Notes under the pieces: generated by a model
Database searches by the model: none
Seen by the model: the letters and a program-made list of their open reading frames with translations, nothing else
What the model was told of the DNA's origin: nothing
Program-made: the position numbers and the translations under genes
Shown: positions 31,930 through 39,176 of the stretch, in pieces
How the letters are laid out: every line of letters starts with the position of its first letter
Numbering within the stretch: position 1 is the stretch's first letter
NCBI GenBank assembly: GCA_017513385.1
Contig: JAFXFT010000195.1
Coordinates: 1-41,134 of the forward strand
Reading direction: 5' to 3'
Length of the DNA stretch: 41,134 bases
Source of the DNA: Oscillospiraceae bacterium
GTDB taxonomy: Bacteria > Bacillota > Clostridia > Oscillospirales > Oscillospiraceae

Positions 31930-32597
31930 AACAACGTGCCGCCTTTCATCGTCTGCCCCAACGCGCCAATGCCGTTATTAAACGTTGCCGCCAGACGGTC
32001 AAGCCACAGGAAGCCGACATCCGGGTTCATCCGGTCGATGACCAGAGCGGTGATGATCACGAAAAGACAGATGGCGAGGGCGATACCGAGAATCACGGAT
32101 AAGATGGCACGGCCACGGGCTGTCCGATGCTCCTCTTCCCAGTGCTGCTCGTTGGTCTCTGCCTGACGCTTCAAAAACTCGATCTTCTTGACCGCATCCT
32201 CTTTATAAGATGTGTACTCCGCCCGGAGGCGCTCCAGCTCCCCATCCGCACAGTCTTCCATGGCGATATCCTCGATGCAGAAGTGGGCGGGGGAATTATC
32301 ATGGCCACCGTTGGACAGAAGGTTCAGAAGGTCGGTGACGAGATCCAGTTTGAGGGACTTCTCCTCACCGCTGAACTTGCGGTTGATGGTGGCGATGGAA
32401 ACGTTGAGCCGCTCCGCTACCCGCTGCCGTGTCCAGTTTCCCGGCTCCAGCGTATTGAGGTAGTCGCAGCGGAGGCGGAAATACTCCGCCAGATGGACAA
32501 CGGCAGCGCCGACCGGGTTCGGCCCACGGCAGGTGGCACCGTTTTTCGGGCAGCGGACGCATTTCTTAAACGGATTCCCTTCCAATGTTTTCGGCAT
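31926..32597 (-). CDS. membrane-anchored HTH protein (Cys cluster plus HTH plus coiled coil plus 1 TM)
   Basis: The domains are CVRCPKNGATC, WTRQRVAERLNVSIATINRKF, a coiled coil, and the TM segment AILSVILGIALAICLFVIITALVI. Its stop overlaps the integrase ATG (ATGA). Confidence 0.7.
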   Translation of the reverse strand: MPKTLEGNPFKKCVRCPKNGATCRGPNPVGAAVVHLAEYFRLRCDYLNTLEPGNWTRQRVAERLNVSIATINRKFSGEEKSLKLDLVTDLLNLLSNGGHDNSPAHFCIEDIAMEDCADGELERLRAEYTSYKEDAVKKIEFLKRQAETNEQHWEEEHRTARGRAILSVILGIALAICLFVIITALVIDRMNPDVGFLWLDRLAATFNNGIGALGQTMKGGTLL

Positions 32598-32793
32598 CTT
32601 TACCCCTCTTTTTCATATTTTGATATGTGCGATTCAAAAAATGATACGGTCTGTTCGACAGCAGCGATTGCGAAAACAGGCCGGAGGTGGTAGGCTTTAC
32701 TCAGGCCAGAGAGCCTACCACCGCAAGATGTCGGGAGTGTCGTGATTGCCGTCCGCACTCCCGGCATCGAATATAAAATAAGGAGGATCGCCT

Positions 32794-32940
32794 ATGCACC
32801 ATCAACCCGACCCGCTTGAACGTCCACGACGTCCAATCAAGCCGCGCCGACAGCCGCAGCGGCTGCCTGTCTCCGAGATCAGCCCCGATCATTTAAACAA
32901 GCTGCGCCGTTTGGGCGTCCCTCCTGATTTTCTGGATTAA
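32794..32940 (+). CDS. 48-aa Pro/Arg-rich small protein: MHHQPDPLERPRRPIKPRRQPQRLPVSEISPDHLNKLRRLGVPPDFLD
   Basis: A perfect SD aaggagg lies 7 nt upstream. The ORF is preceded by two strong hairpins and is below the ORF-track cutoff. Confidence 0.5.
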   Translation: MHHQPDPLERPRRPIKPRRQPQRLPVSEISPDHLNKLRRLGVPPDFLD

Positions 32941-33045
32941 ACAAATCTTTATATATTTTATTGTGGAAGTAAACGAAATGTTGACTTGCGCCTTGACAAA
33001 ACACGATTAGCTTGTTAAGCTAATCTCAGTTAAATACAGTAAAGG

Positions 33046-33324
33046 ATGATAAATATAAAGAAAAAACGCACACCCGGACTTAACCACGACGCTACAAACA
33101 AGGCAATATTTGAATGCCTGCGCAAGGATGGACTTCTCTGCCCAGATGTTAAAGAGGCGGACGTGGCGTACACCCTTACAGCGACCCTTACGGACTGGAT
33201 AAACCAGGATATAAAAGAAAACGGGTTAACATTTATTGAGGAAGAAGGATATGGGAACAACGGAGATAAGCGCACAGAAAACCGAAATTCGTCTTTTCTT
33301 TCTCGCCTCTTCAAACTCTCTTAG
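33046..33324 (+). CDS. possible hypothetical protein (92 aa)
   Basis: The composition is protein-like up to about residue 75. The SD-like aaagg abuts the ATG (poor spacing), and the 3' end overlaps the convergent gene 33226..33531. Confidence 0.35.
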   Translation: MINIKKKRTPGLNHDATNKAIFECLRKDGLLCPDVKEADVAYTLTATLTDWINQDIKENGLTFIEEEGYGNNGDKRTENRNSSFLSRLFKLS

Positions 33325-33531
33325 GGCATCTTCCCCGGCCTCGGTAAGCCTGTACAGATCATAGGAAATATACAGATGCAGATGTCCTTCTTCCGTTCTT
33401 TCCTCATGGCTTGTTGGCTTTGAAACGAGAATATAATTTTTTTCCATAAGGTACGGCGCAGTATCCCCCGTTAACTTTCCGTCCCCCTTACGCAGCTTTC
33501 GCAAGGCTCTGTATTCTTTCCATTTTAACAT
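33226..33531 (-). CDS. hypothetical protein, winged-helix-like N-terminal part plus hydrophobic tail
   Basis: The ATG at 33531 lies 5 nt after gaggtg. The sequence is MLKWKEYRALRKLRKGDGKLTGD...YRLTEAGEDALREFEEARKK. Confidence 0.55.
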   Translation of the reverse strand: MLKWKEYRALRKLRKGDGKLTGDTAPYLMEKNYILVSKPTSHEERTEEGHLHLYISYDLYRLTEAGEDALREFEEARKKRRISVFCALISVVPISFFLNKC

Positions 33532-33562
33532 ACCCACACCTCACATAAAAGGAGTGATGCCG

Positions 33563-33682
33563 ATGTCCGACAAGCGCAAAGAGCTTATTGCAGAAATCAA
33601 GGCCGAACTGTCGGACCTGACCGACGAACAGATAAAAAGACTCCTGCAACTGATAAAAGAAGAACAGCGCAAAAGCGCCTGA
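33563..33682 (+). CDS. 39-aa helical small protein: MSDKRKELIAEIKAELSDLTDEQIKRLLQLIKEEQRKSA
   Basis: The SD aaaaggag lies 7 nt upstream, and a terminator follows directly. Confidence 0.5.
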   Translation: MSDKRKELIAEIKAELSDLTDEQIKRLLQLIKEEQRKSA

Positions 33683-33708
33683 CCGCTCCGAAAGGGGCGG
33701 TTTTTATT
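33683..33708 (+). terminator. rho-independent terminator
   Basis: The stem is ccgctcc-gaaa-ggggcgg, followed by tttttatt. Confidence 0.75.
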
Positions 33709-34045
33709 ATCTATTAAAAATAGATGCAGCGAATAACGCCACGCCAAAAGAGATCGCAATGGCTTTCACATAATCAAGGCCAACCGGCTTCTTCAAGTCT
33801 ATGTCGTTTGCTGGAACAAGAACAGCGTGAATGGCCAGCACAACACCATAAATAACAAGACAACCAATAATAAGCTCAATGATTCCGTACGCCCATGTTG
33901 TGTCGTCCTGAATGTTCCCAACCCAAATAAACGTATAGAGAAAGATGCCTGTTGCAAGATGCGCCAACTTCGACCGGCATTCCCGCAGTTCTTTTAATTC
34001 TCGCTCGTGCTCTAACTGCCTTTGGAGTCTCTCTAATTCATCCAT
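33707..34045 (-). CDS. membrane protein (3 TM) co-transcribed with the CI-like repressor; superinfection-exclusion candidate
   Basis: It has a TAATG overlap with the repressor stop. An N-terminal coiled coil is followed by three hydrophobic helices. Confidence 0.65.
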   Translation of the reverse strand: MDELERLQRQLEHERELKELRECRSKLAHLATGIFLYTFIWVGNIQDDTTWAYGIIELIIGCLVIYGVVLAIHAVLVPANDIDLKKPVGLDYVKAIAISFGVALFAASIFNR

Positions 34046-34395
34046 TACAGACCCTCCTTAGCTATCTTTATCAACTGTTTCAGACGAATAAGCTCCTTAT
34101 CGCTCATACCGTCGATCATGCTCAATACTTCCCGCCGCTCTTCGCTAAGCTCGCCCTCCGGGGCGGGCTTTTTTTCGTCTGTCTGACCTCTTAGCCATTC
34201 AATGGACACATCGTAGGCCATTGCGGTTGCGTGTATATAGTTTCTATAAGACTTCGTTTTGCCGGCTTCCCACTCAGAAACGATATTTGCAGGAGCACCA
34301 ATTTTTTCGCAAAACTTCTTTTTCTCGCCATGAACATACTTGCCGTCGGCTTTTCTCGGAATCAGTGATAGCATTCTCTCCAGCGTTATATCCAT
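34045..34395 (-). CDS. CI-like XRE-family repressor
   Basis: The ATG at 34395 follows aaggag. The HTH is KKFCEKIGAPANIVSEWEAGKTKSYRNYIHATAMAYDVSIEWLRG, and the gene is divergent from a Cro-like gene. Confidence 0.75.
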   Translation of the reverse strand: MDITLERMLSLIPRKADGKYVHGEKKKFCEKIGAPANIVSEWEAGKTKSYRNYIHATAMAYDVSIEWLRGQTDEKKPAPEGELSEERREVLSMIDGMSDKELIRLKQLIKIAKEGL

Positions 34396-34436
34396 ACAAG
34401 ACTCCTTAAAATTGTGCATTACGACAAATCATAATA

Positions 34437-34620
34437 AATTCTGAATTTGGTATTGCAAACTTAGAATTTATGAGGTATTATAACAATGTCCCCGGTGCAA
34501 GGCACCAAAAAGACACCCCTCCCAAGAGCGGCTTTACCTTGTTTTGTAGCGATTTCATTGTACAGCACTCTTGGGAGCTTGTCAATACGAAAACTCATTT
34601 TTATGAGTTATTGGAGGTGA
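34437..34620. promoter_or_regulatory. immunity switch region: operator-like palindromes and divergent promoters
   Basis: The elements are AAATTC-T-GAATTT (34437-34449), a related half-site aaacttagaattt (34459-34471), ttgcaa-N17-tattat, a 10-bp inverted repeat ctcccaagag/ctcttgggag, and the palindrome aactcat-tttt-atgagtt next to the Cro-like start. Confidence 0.6.
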
Positions 34621-34624
34621 TAGC

Positions 34625-34813
34625 TTGACTTTGAAAGAAAGACGACTGGCGGCAGGGCTGACACAGAGCGAGGTTGCCAAGAGTCTGAATGTAGACCAGG
34701 GAGCCGTGAGCAACTGGGAGCGAGGCATCAATCCTCCCACCCGGAAGTACCGCGCCCCCCTCGCCCAGCTCTACGGCTGCACCGTAGACGAACTTCTGAA
34801 GGAGGATGCATGA
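34625..34813 (+). CDS. Cro-like XRE-family HTH protein (TTG start)
   Basis: The SD ggaggtg lies upstream. The HTH is LTQSEVAKSLNVDQGAVSNWERG. Confidence 0.75.
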   Translation: MTLKERRLAAGLTQSEVAKSLNVDQGAVSNWERGINPPTRKYRAPLAQLYGCTVDELLKEDA

Positions 34814-35169
34814 AACAGGTTAAATTCCCGGCTTTTCAAAAGGCATTCCTTGAACTCAAAGGGGAGATGTCAATCAAAGAGTTTGCCGAAAAACTCGGCA
34901 TGGCCAATGCGACCGTCGGGTATTATGCGACGGGCGAAAGGATCCCCAATGCTCTTGGTATAGCTCGCATTGCCGAGGTCTGCGGAGTATCTGCCGATTG
35001 GTTGCTCGGCATTTCCCCGGTCAAGGAGAGAGACCCGCAAAAGGCACAGCGTAGGCTGCTGCGAGAGCTTGAAAATGCCGAGATTTGCATTCGTTCTGTG
35101 ATGGAGGCGCTGCACAGGCACGATACAAGGCTTTCGCAGATCGTGAGACAAAAGAATAAGGAGGAATGA
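34810..35169 (+). CDS. second XRE-family HTH protein
   Basis: The HTH is MSIKEFAEKLGMANATVGYYATGERIPNALGIARIAEVCGVSADWLLG. The start is an ATGA overlap. Confidence 0.75.
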   Translation: MKQVKFPAFQKAFLELKGEMSIKEFAEKLGMANATVGYYATGERIPNALGIARIAEVCGVSADWLLGISPVKERDPQKAQRRLLRELENAEICIRSVMEALHRHDTRLSQIVRQKNKEE

Positions 35170-35462
35170 TCATGGAAGACAACCCTGTTACCGGCATTGC
35201 AATGTGTATTCCGCAGCTGGAACCCAAGCCCATCGGATTCCCCGCAGACTGGGCAACATTCCAGCGTTTATCCGGTTTTTTATTGGCGGCCACGGAATCC
35301 ATTCTGTTTGGCGATGTGATCTATAACTGCGAACACTATACCTGTGAGAGATTCTGGGAAACCTTTTCGGACAATCTCAAAGAAGTCAACGACCTTCTTA
35401 TCGATATGAATGCACGCATGGAAAAGCGCAAAGAAGAAATTCTCGGTGCCAAGGAGGAATGA
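35166..35462 (+). CDS. hypothetical protein (98 aa)
   Basis: The SD aaggagg lies upstream, and the start is an ATGA overlap. Confidence 0.65.
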   Translation: MIMEDNPVTGIAMCIPQLEPKPIGFPADWATFQRLSGFLLAATESILFGDVIYNCEHYTCERFWETFSDNLKEVNDLLIDMNARMEKRKEEILGAKEE

Positions 35463-35465
35463 CCC

Positions 35466-35666
35466 ATGGAAAAGCCTCTGTACTATGACCAGCTCACGGC
35501 GCTGCAGGCCGTGTTCGGCGATGTGCCGACGATCTCCCGCGCCGCCGCCTGTAAGTACCTCAAGATGGACGTGAGAACCGTTGAGCGCATCAAGGACTTT
35601 CCCGTCAAGCGTGTAGGCCGTCAGTTCCGTGTCCCCCTCCGCGGCCTTGCCCGGTGGCTTGCATGA
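35466..35666 (+). CDS. excisionase / MerR-type HTH DNA-binding protein
   Basis: ISRAAACKYLKMDVRTVERIKDFPVKRVGRQFRVPLRGLARWL fits the Xis-family HTH pattern. Confidence 0.6.
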   Translation: MEKPLYYDQLTALQAVFGDVPTISRAAACKYLKMDVRTVERIKDFPVKRVGRQFRVPLRGLARWLA

Positions 35667-35968
35667 GCTACCGCTGCGATAACTGCGGAGAGACCTTCTC
35701 CGAGCCGATCGCATGGGTGGAGGACGGCCAGACGTTCACCGGCTCCCCCTGCTGCTTCGATGGTTACGACCCTCTGGACGAGTGCCCCATCTGCGGCGAG
35801 GAGTTTGTCCGCAACGAATACGGCGTCTGCCGGGACTGTCTCGGCAAGGCTCTGGAACGCTTCAAGGCGCATCTGGAGACCTATTCCGACGGCGAGATCG
35901 CCATGCTGGAGCGTGTCATTGACGGCATCGGCCTTGAGCCGAAGCAGCTCCGGCTTCCCCATGAATGA
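35663..35968 (+). CDS. zinc-ribbon protein
   Basis: The cysteine pairs are CDNC...CPICG...CRDC. The start is an ATGA overlap with the previous stop. Confidence 0.6.
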   Translation: MSYRCDNCGETFSEPIAWVEDGQTFTGSPCCFDGYDPLDECPICGEEFVRNEYGVCRDCLGKALERFKAHLETYSDGEIAMLERVIDGIGLEPKQLRLPHE

Positions 35969-36071
35969 AAAACGCCCCGACCGGTCGCACCCAGTCGAGG
36001 CAAACGCAGAGCGAGTGGTTCCCGCCACATACTCAGCTCTGTCATTATACCACATCTTAGGAGGAAATGCA

Positions 36072-36221
36072 ATGGCAGAAAACGAAAACATTCTGGATTG
36101 GGTCGAAAGAGCCATCCGGGCCGAGACCACTATCAATGATCTCAGTTCCATTTTGCAGGAGACCTACCCCGACGTTGGCCTGATGCGCCGCATCCTGATG
36201 GTGGAGGCACCCAATGAGTAA
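36072..36221 (+). CDS. hypothetical small protein (49 aa)
   Basis: The ATG at 36072 follows taggagg. The upstream part of the ORF-track model (35760..) overlaps the previous gene out of frame. Confidence 0.55.
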   Translation: MAENENILDWVERAIRAETTINDLSSILQETYPDVGLMRRILMVEAPNE

Positions 36222-36588
36222 GCGACGCAAGCAGAGTACGCGCAAGCCTGCGAAGACCGCGCAGGGAATGCAGACAGAAGAGCGTATAAAGCTCATTCAG
36301 ACGGTCTACCCCGGCTACAACAACGCCACCGATTCCTATGCCAACAACACCGAAAAGTACGGTGTATGCCGCACCCCCGTGGCCCAGCGCCTCGCTGAGG
36401 CCGCCGGGGGAGTCCCGGTAAAGCGGCGCAAGCCCTGCCGGGTGAACGCTTCGCAGATCACCGTGCGCCTTACCCATGCAGAGCGCATCGCCCTGACCAC
36501 CCGCCGTGTCCGGCTTGGCTATGTCACCGATCAGGCGTATATCTCCGAGCTGCTCCGCCGTGAGCTGAGAGAGGAGGCGGCAACGTGA
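36214..36588 (+). CDS. basic protein with a C-terminal RHH-like segment
   Basis: ITVRLTHAERIALTTRRVRLGYVTDQAYISELLRREL resembles a CopG/MobC-type RHH. Confidence 0.5.
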   Translation: MSKRRKQSTRKPAKTAQGMQTEERIKLIQTVYPGYNNATDSYANNTEKYGVCRTPVAQRLAEAAGGVPVKRRKPCRVNASQITVRLTHAERIALTTRRVRLGYVTDQAYISELLRRELREEAAT

Positions 36589-36965
36589 CCGAGGAAGAAC
36601 GCAAGGCCAGGAGGCGCGAATACGACCGGGCATACCGCGCCGCGCATCTGGAACAGCGCCGAATTTCCAACAAAAGATGGCGGGAGGCCAACCCGTATAA
36701 ACACGCCGACAGCAATTACAGGTTCAGGAAGCGCGCCATGTTGAAGAACGGCCCGTTTCAGTATGCGGTCATTGAGCAGTACCGCGAGGCGTCCGGGCTT
36801 ACAAACGGCCAACTGGCCGCTGCTCTCGGCGTACACAATTCCACGCTCAGCAATTACAAATGCGGCGTTGCCCGGCTTAACGTTTATCGTCTCCAGCAAA
36901 GCCCTGAGTTTTACCAATGGTACCTCCGGAATGCCGAGCGCATCCGACAGGAGGTGAACGCATGA
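36585..36965 (+). CDS. basic helical-repeat plus HTH protein (paralog A, GTG start)
   Basis: The N-terminus is MTEEERKARRREYDRAYRAAH. The HTH is LTNGQLAAALGVHNSTLSNYKCG. Confidence 0.6.
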   Translation: MTEEERKARRREYDRAYRAAHLEQRRISNKRWREANPYKHADSNYRFRKRAMLKNGPFQYAVIEQYREASGLTNGQLAAALGVHNSTLSNYKCGVARLNVYRLQQSPEFYQWYLRNAERIRQEVNA

Positions 36966-37510
36966 CCGAGGAAGCCAAGGCGCGGCAGAAAGCCCGGCGA
37001 AAGGCTTACTATCAGGAACGCCGCACGGAGATCCTGCAAAAGGCAGCCCGCCGCCGCGCCGGCATGAGCGAGGAAGAGCGCTGCGCTTTCAATCAATACC
37101 AGCGCAGGTGCTATCGCAGCCGCCGGGAGAAAATCCTCGCCAAAGCCAAAGAACGGTACGCCACCGACGAGAAATTTCGGGAGCGCATCCAAGCCTATAC
37201 CGCCGAGAACGCAGACCGCATCCGGGAATACGGCGCGGCCTACCGAAGGGATAACCGCGATCTCCTGAATGAGAAGAACCGCAAATACATCCGCTTTTGC
37301 AAGCAGCAGTACAGCAGCGAAGCCGATGCGATCAGGGCATGGCGGCTTCAGAGAGGATACACGCTGGAGAAAACAGCGCAGCTCTTCGGGGTCGGCTATA
37401 CGGCGGTCTCCAACTGGGAGAACTGCCGCTCCCGCCCACCCATAGAGCGTTACCTCTCCATGCGGGACTTTGCCGAGTGGTACGAGAACTATAAAACCAA
37501 GGAGGAATAA
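36962..37510 (+). CDS. basic helical-repeat plus HTH protein (paralog B)
   Basis: The N-terminus is MTEEAKARQKARRKAYYQERR, followed by repeated R/K..Y...N/R helices. The HTH is YTLEKTAQLFGVGYTAVSNWENC. Confidence 0.65.
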   Translation: MTEEAKARQKARRKAYYQERRTEILQKAARRRAGMSEEERCAFNQYQRRCYRSRREKILAKAKERYATDEKFRERIQAYTAENADRIREYGAAYRRDNRDLLNEKNRKYIRFCKQQYSSEADAIRAWRLQRGYTLEKTAQLFGVGYTAVSNWENCRSRPPIERYLSMRDFAEWYENYKTKEE

Positions 37511-38110
37511 ATGGAAAAGAACTACTTCCAGACGTTGAACGGAATCGACGTTTCGGACAAGACCGAGAAGAAGAACGGCCTTACATATCTCTCATGGGCT
37601 TGGGCATGGGGCGAAGTCAAGAAGCGCCACCCCGATGCCACCTATACCATTTATGAGAACGCTGCCGGATGGAACTACCACACCGATGGCAAGACCGCGT
37701 GGGTCAAGACCGGTGTCACCGTCAACGGCATTGAGCACATCGAGTATCTGCCGGTCATGGATCACCGAAACCGCTCCATCCCGCTGGACAGCATCAACTC
37801 CTTCGACGTCAATAAGACCATCCAGCGTTCTTTGACCAAGGCGGTCGCCCGTCATGGCTTGGGTCTCTACATCTACGCCGGTGAGGATCTCCCCGAAACG
37901 GACGATCCCGCGGAAGCCCAGGACGCCGGGCGCAACCATAAAATCTGCGAGTGCTGCGGTCACCTCCTCACCCCGTTTCAGGGCCTCGATAAGAAGCCGC
38001 ACAGCGTAGCGGAGCTCGTAAAGCTCAGTCAGGAATCTTTCGGCCGCGTCCTTTGCTATGACTGCGTCAAGGCCGAAAGCAGAAAAAAGAAGGAGGTTTC
38101 CAATGCTTAA
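37511..38110 (+). CDS. DUF1071 / Sak3-type single-strand annealing protein with a C-terminal zinc ribbon
   Basis: DKTEKKNGLTYLSWAWAWGEVKKRHPDATY ... GLGLYIYAGEDLP is the family hallmark. The C-terminal CECCGH...CYDC forms the ribbon. Confidence 0.75.
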   Translation: MEKNYFQTLNGIDVSDKTEKKNGLTYLSWAWAWGEVKKRHPDATYTIYENAAGWNYHTDGKTAWVKTGVTVNGIEHIEYLPVMDHRNRSIPLDSINSFDVNKTIQRSLTKAVARHGLGLYIYAGEDLPETDDPAEAQDAGRNHKICECCGHLLTPFQGLDKKPHSVAELVKLSQESFGRVLCYDCVKAESRKKKEVSNA

Positions 38111-38513
38111 CCATGTGAACGTCATGGGCCGCATTACCCATGACCTTACCCTCAAGGAGGGCGACACCCCGCACTGCGGTTTCCGCATCGCCTGTGACAG
38201 AGACCGCAGCCGCGAGAAGAAAACAGACTTCTTCGACTGCACCGCATTCGGCAAAACCGCTGAATTTGTTTCCAAATTCTTTGGCAAGGGCCGCATGATC
38301 ATCGTGGACGGACGGCTGCAGGTGGACGAGTGGCAGGACAGAGACGGCAACAAGCGCAGCTCCGTCAAGATCATCGCCAACAATGTTTACTTTGGCGATT
38401 CCAAATCACAGAGCTCCGATGCCCGCTCCGCTGAATCGGCACCCGAACCCACACCCCGAGGGCAGGTCACCTTTACCACCATCAACGAGGACGACGGCGA
38501 CCTCCCGTTCTAA
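38103..38513 (+). CDS. ssb: single-stranded DNA-binding protein
   Basis: The OB-fold signature is NHVNVMGRITHDLTLKE...TDFFDCTAFGKTAEFVSKFFGKGRMIIVDGRLQ. The acidic tail is DDGDLPF. Confidence 0.9.
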   Translation: MLNHVNVMGRITHDLTLKEGDTPHCGFRIACDRDRSREKKTDFFDCTAFGKTAEFVSKFFGKGRMIIVDGRLQVDEWQDRDGNKRSSVKIIANNVYFGDSKSQSSDARSAESAPEPTPRGQVTFTTINEDDGDLPF

Positions 38514-38525
38514 GGGAGGTTCGCC

Positions 38526-39176
38526 ATGGCAAGAGAATACTTCCACTGCTATCATTCCATGCTACGCGGAACGCGCAATCTCTCGGAAGCAGAGTGCGGG
38601 AGGCTGTTTAGGGCGCTGATTGCATACAGCGCAGGAGACGAGCTTATCAATCTTCAGGGCCGGGAAGCAGCGGTGTTTGATGTGTACGCAGAACAGATAG
38701 ACAGGGAGAAAGCCCAGTACGCCGAGAAGTGCGAAAAGATGCGCCAGAACGGGAAAGCAAATGCTGCCAAATGCTATCAATTGCAAGCAAATGCTACCAA
38801 TTGCCACCAAGGCAAAGACAAAGGCGAAGACAAAGACGAAGAAAAATATACACCCCCTGTATCCCCCTCAAGGGGGCGCAAGGTGGTCTTTGAGCATGAA
38901 TCTGAGCCGTATCGGGTGGCGAAATATCTTTCCGAGCGCATTGTGGAGCGAATCGGCATTGCGCCTCACCCGGAAACAAAGCTCCAGACGTGGGCGAACG
39001 ACGTGGACAAACTGCATCGCATTGATGGCCGCCCTTGGGAAGAGATAGGCCGCGTCATGGAATGGTGCCAGTATAACGACTTCTGGCAGGTGAACATCCT
39101 GAGCGGCGCGAAGTTCCGGGAGAAATACGACCAGCTTTTGAGCAAGGCGAAACAGGAGGGTTACGTGGATGGCTGA
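38526..39176 (+). CDS. replisome organizer / DnaD-like replication initiation protein
   Basis: The N-terminal YFHCYHSMLRG...LSEAECGRLFRALIAY, the low-complexity linker and the C-terminal WCQYNDFWQVNILSGAKFREKYDQL fit the family. The gene lies upstream of dnaB. Confidence 0.7.
   Translation: MAREYFHCYHSMLRGTRNLSEAECGRLFRALIAYSAGDELINLQGREAAVFDVYAEQIDREKAQYAEKCEKMRQNGKANAAKCYQLQANATNCHQGKDKGEDKDEEKYTPPVSPSRGRKVVFEHESEPYRVAKYLSERIVERIGIAPHPETKLQTWANDVDKLHRIDGRPWEEIGRVMEWCQYNDFWQVNILSGAKFREKYDQLLSKAKQEGYVDG
38758..38807 (+). repeat. five 10-bp phased CAA(A/T)TGC units (iteron-like) inside the organizer gene
   Basis: The units caaatgctgc / caaatgctat / caattgcaag / caaatgctac / caattgccac start at 38758, 38768, 38778, 38788 and 38798. 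Confidence 0.85.
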
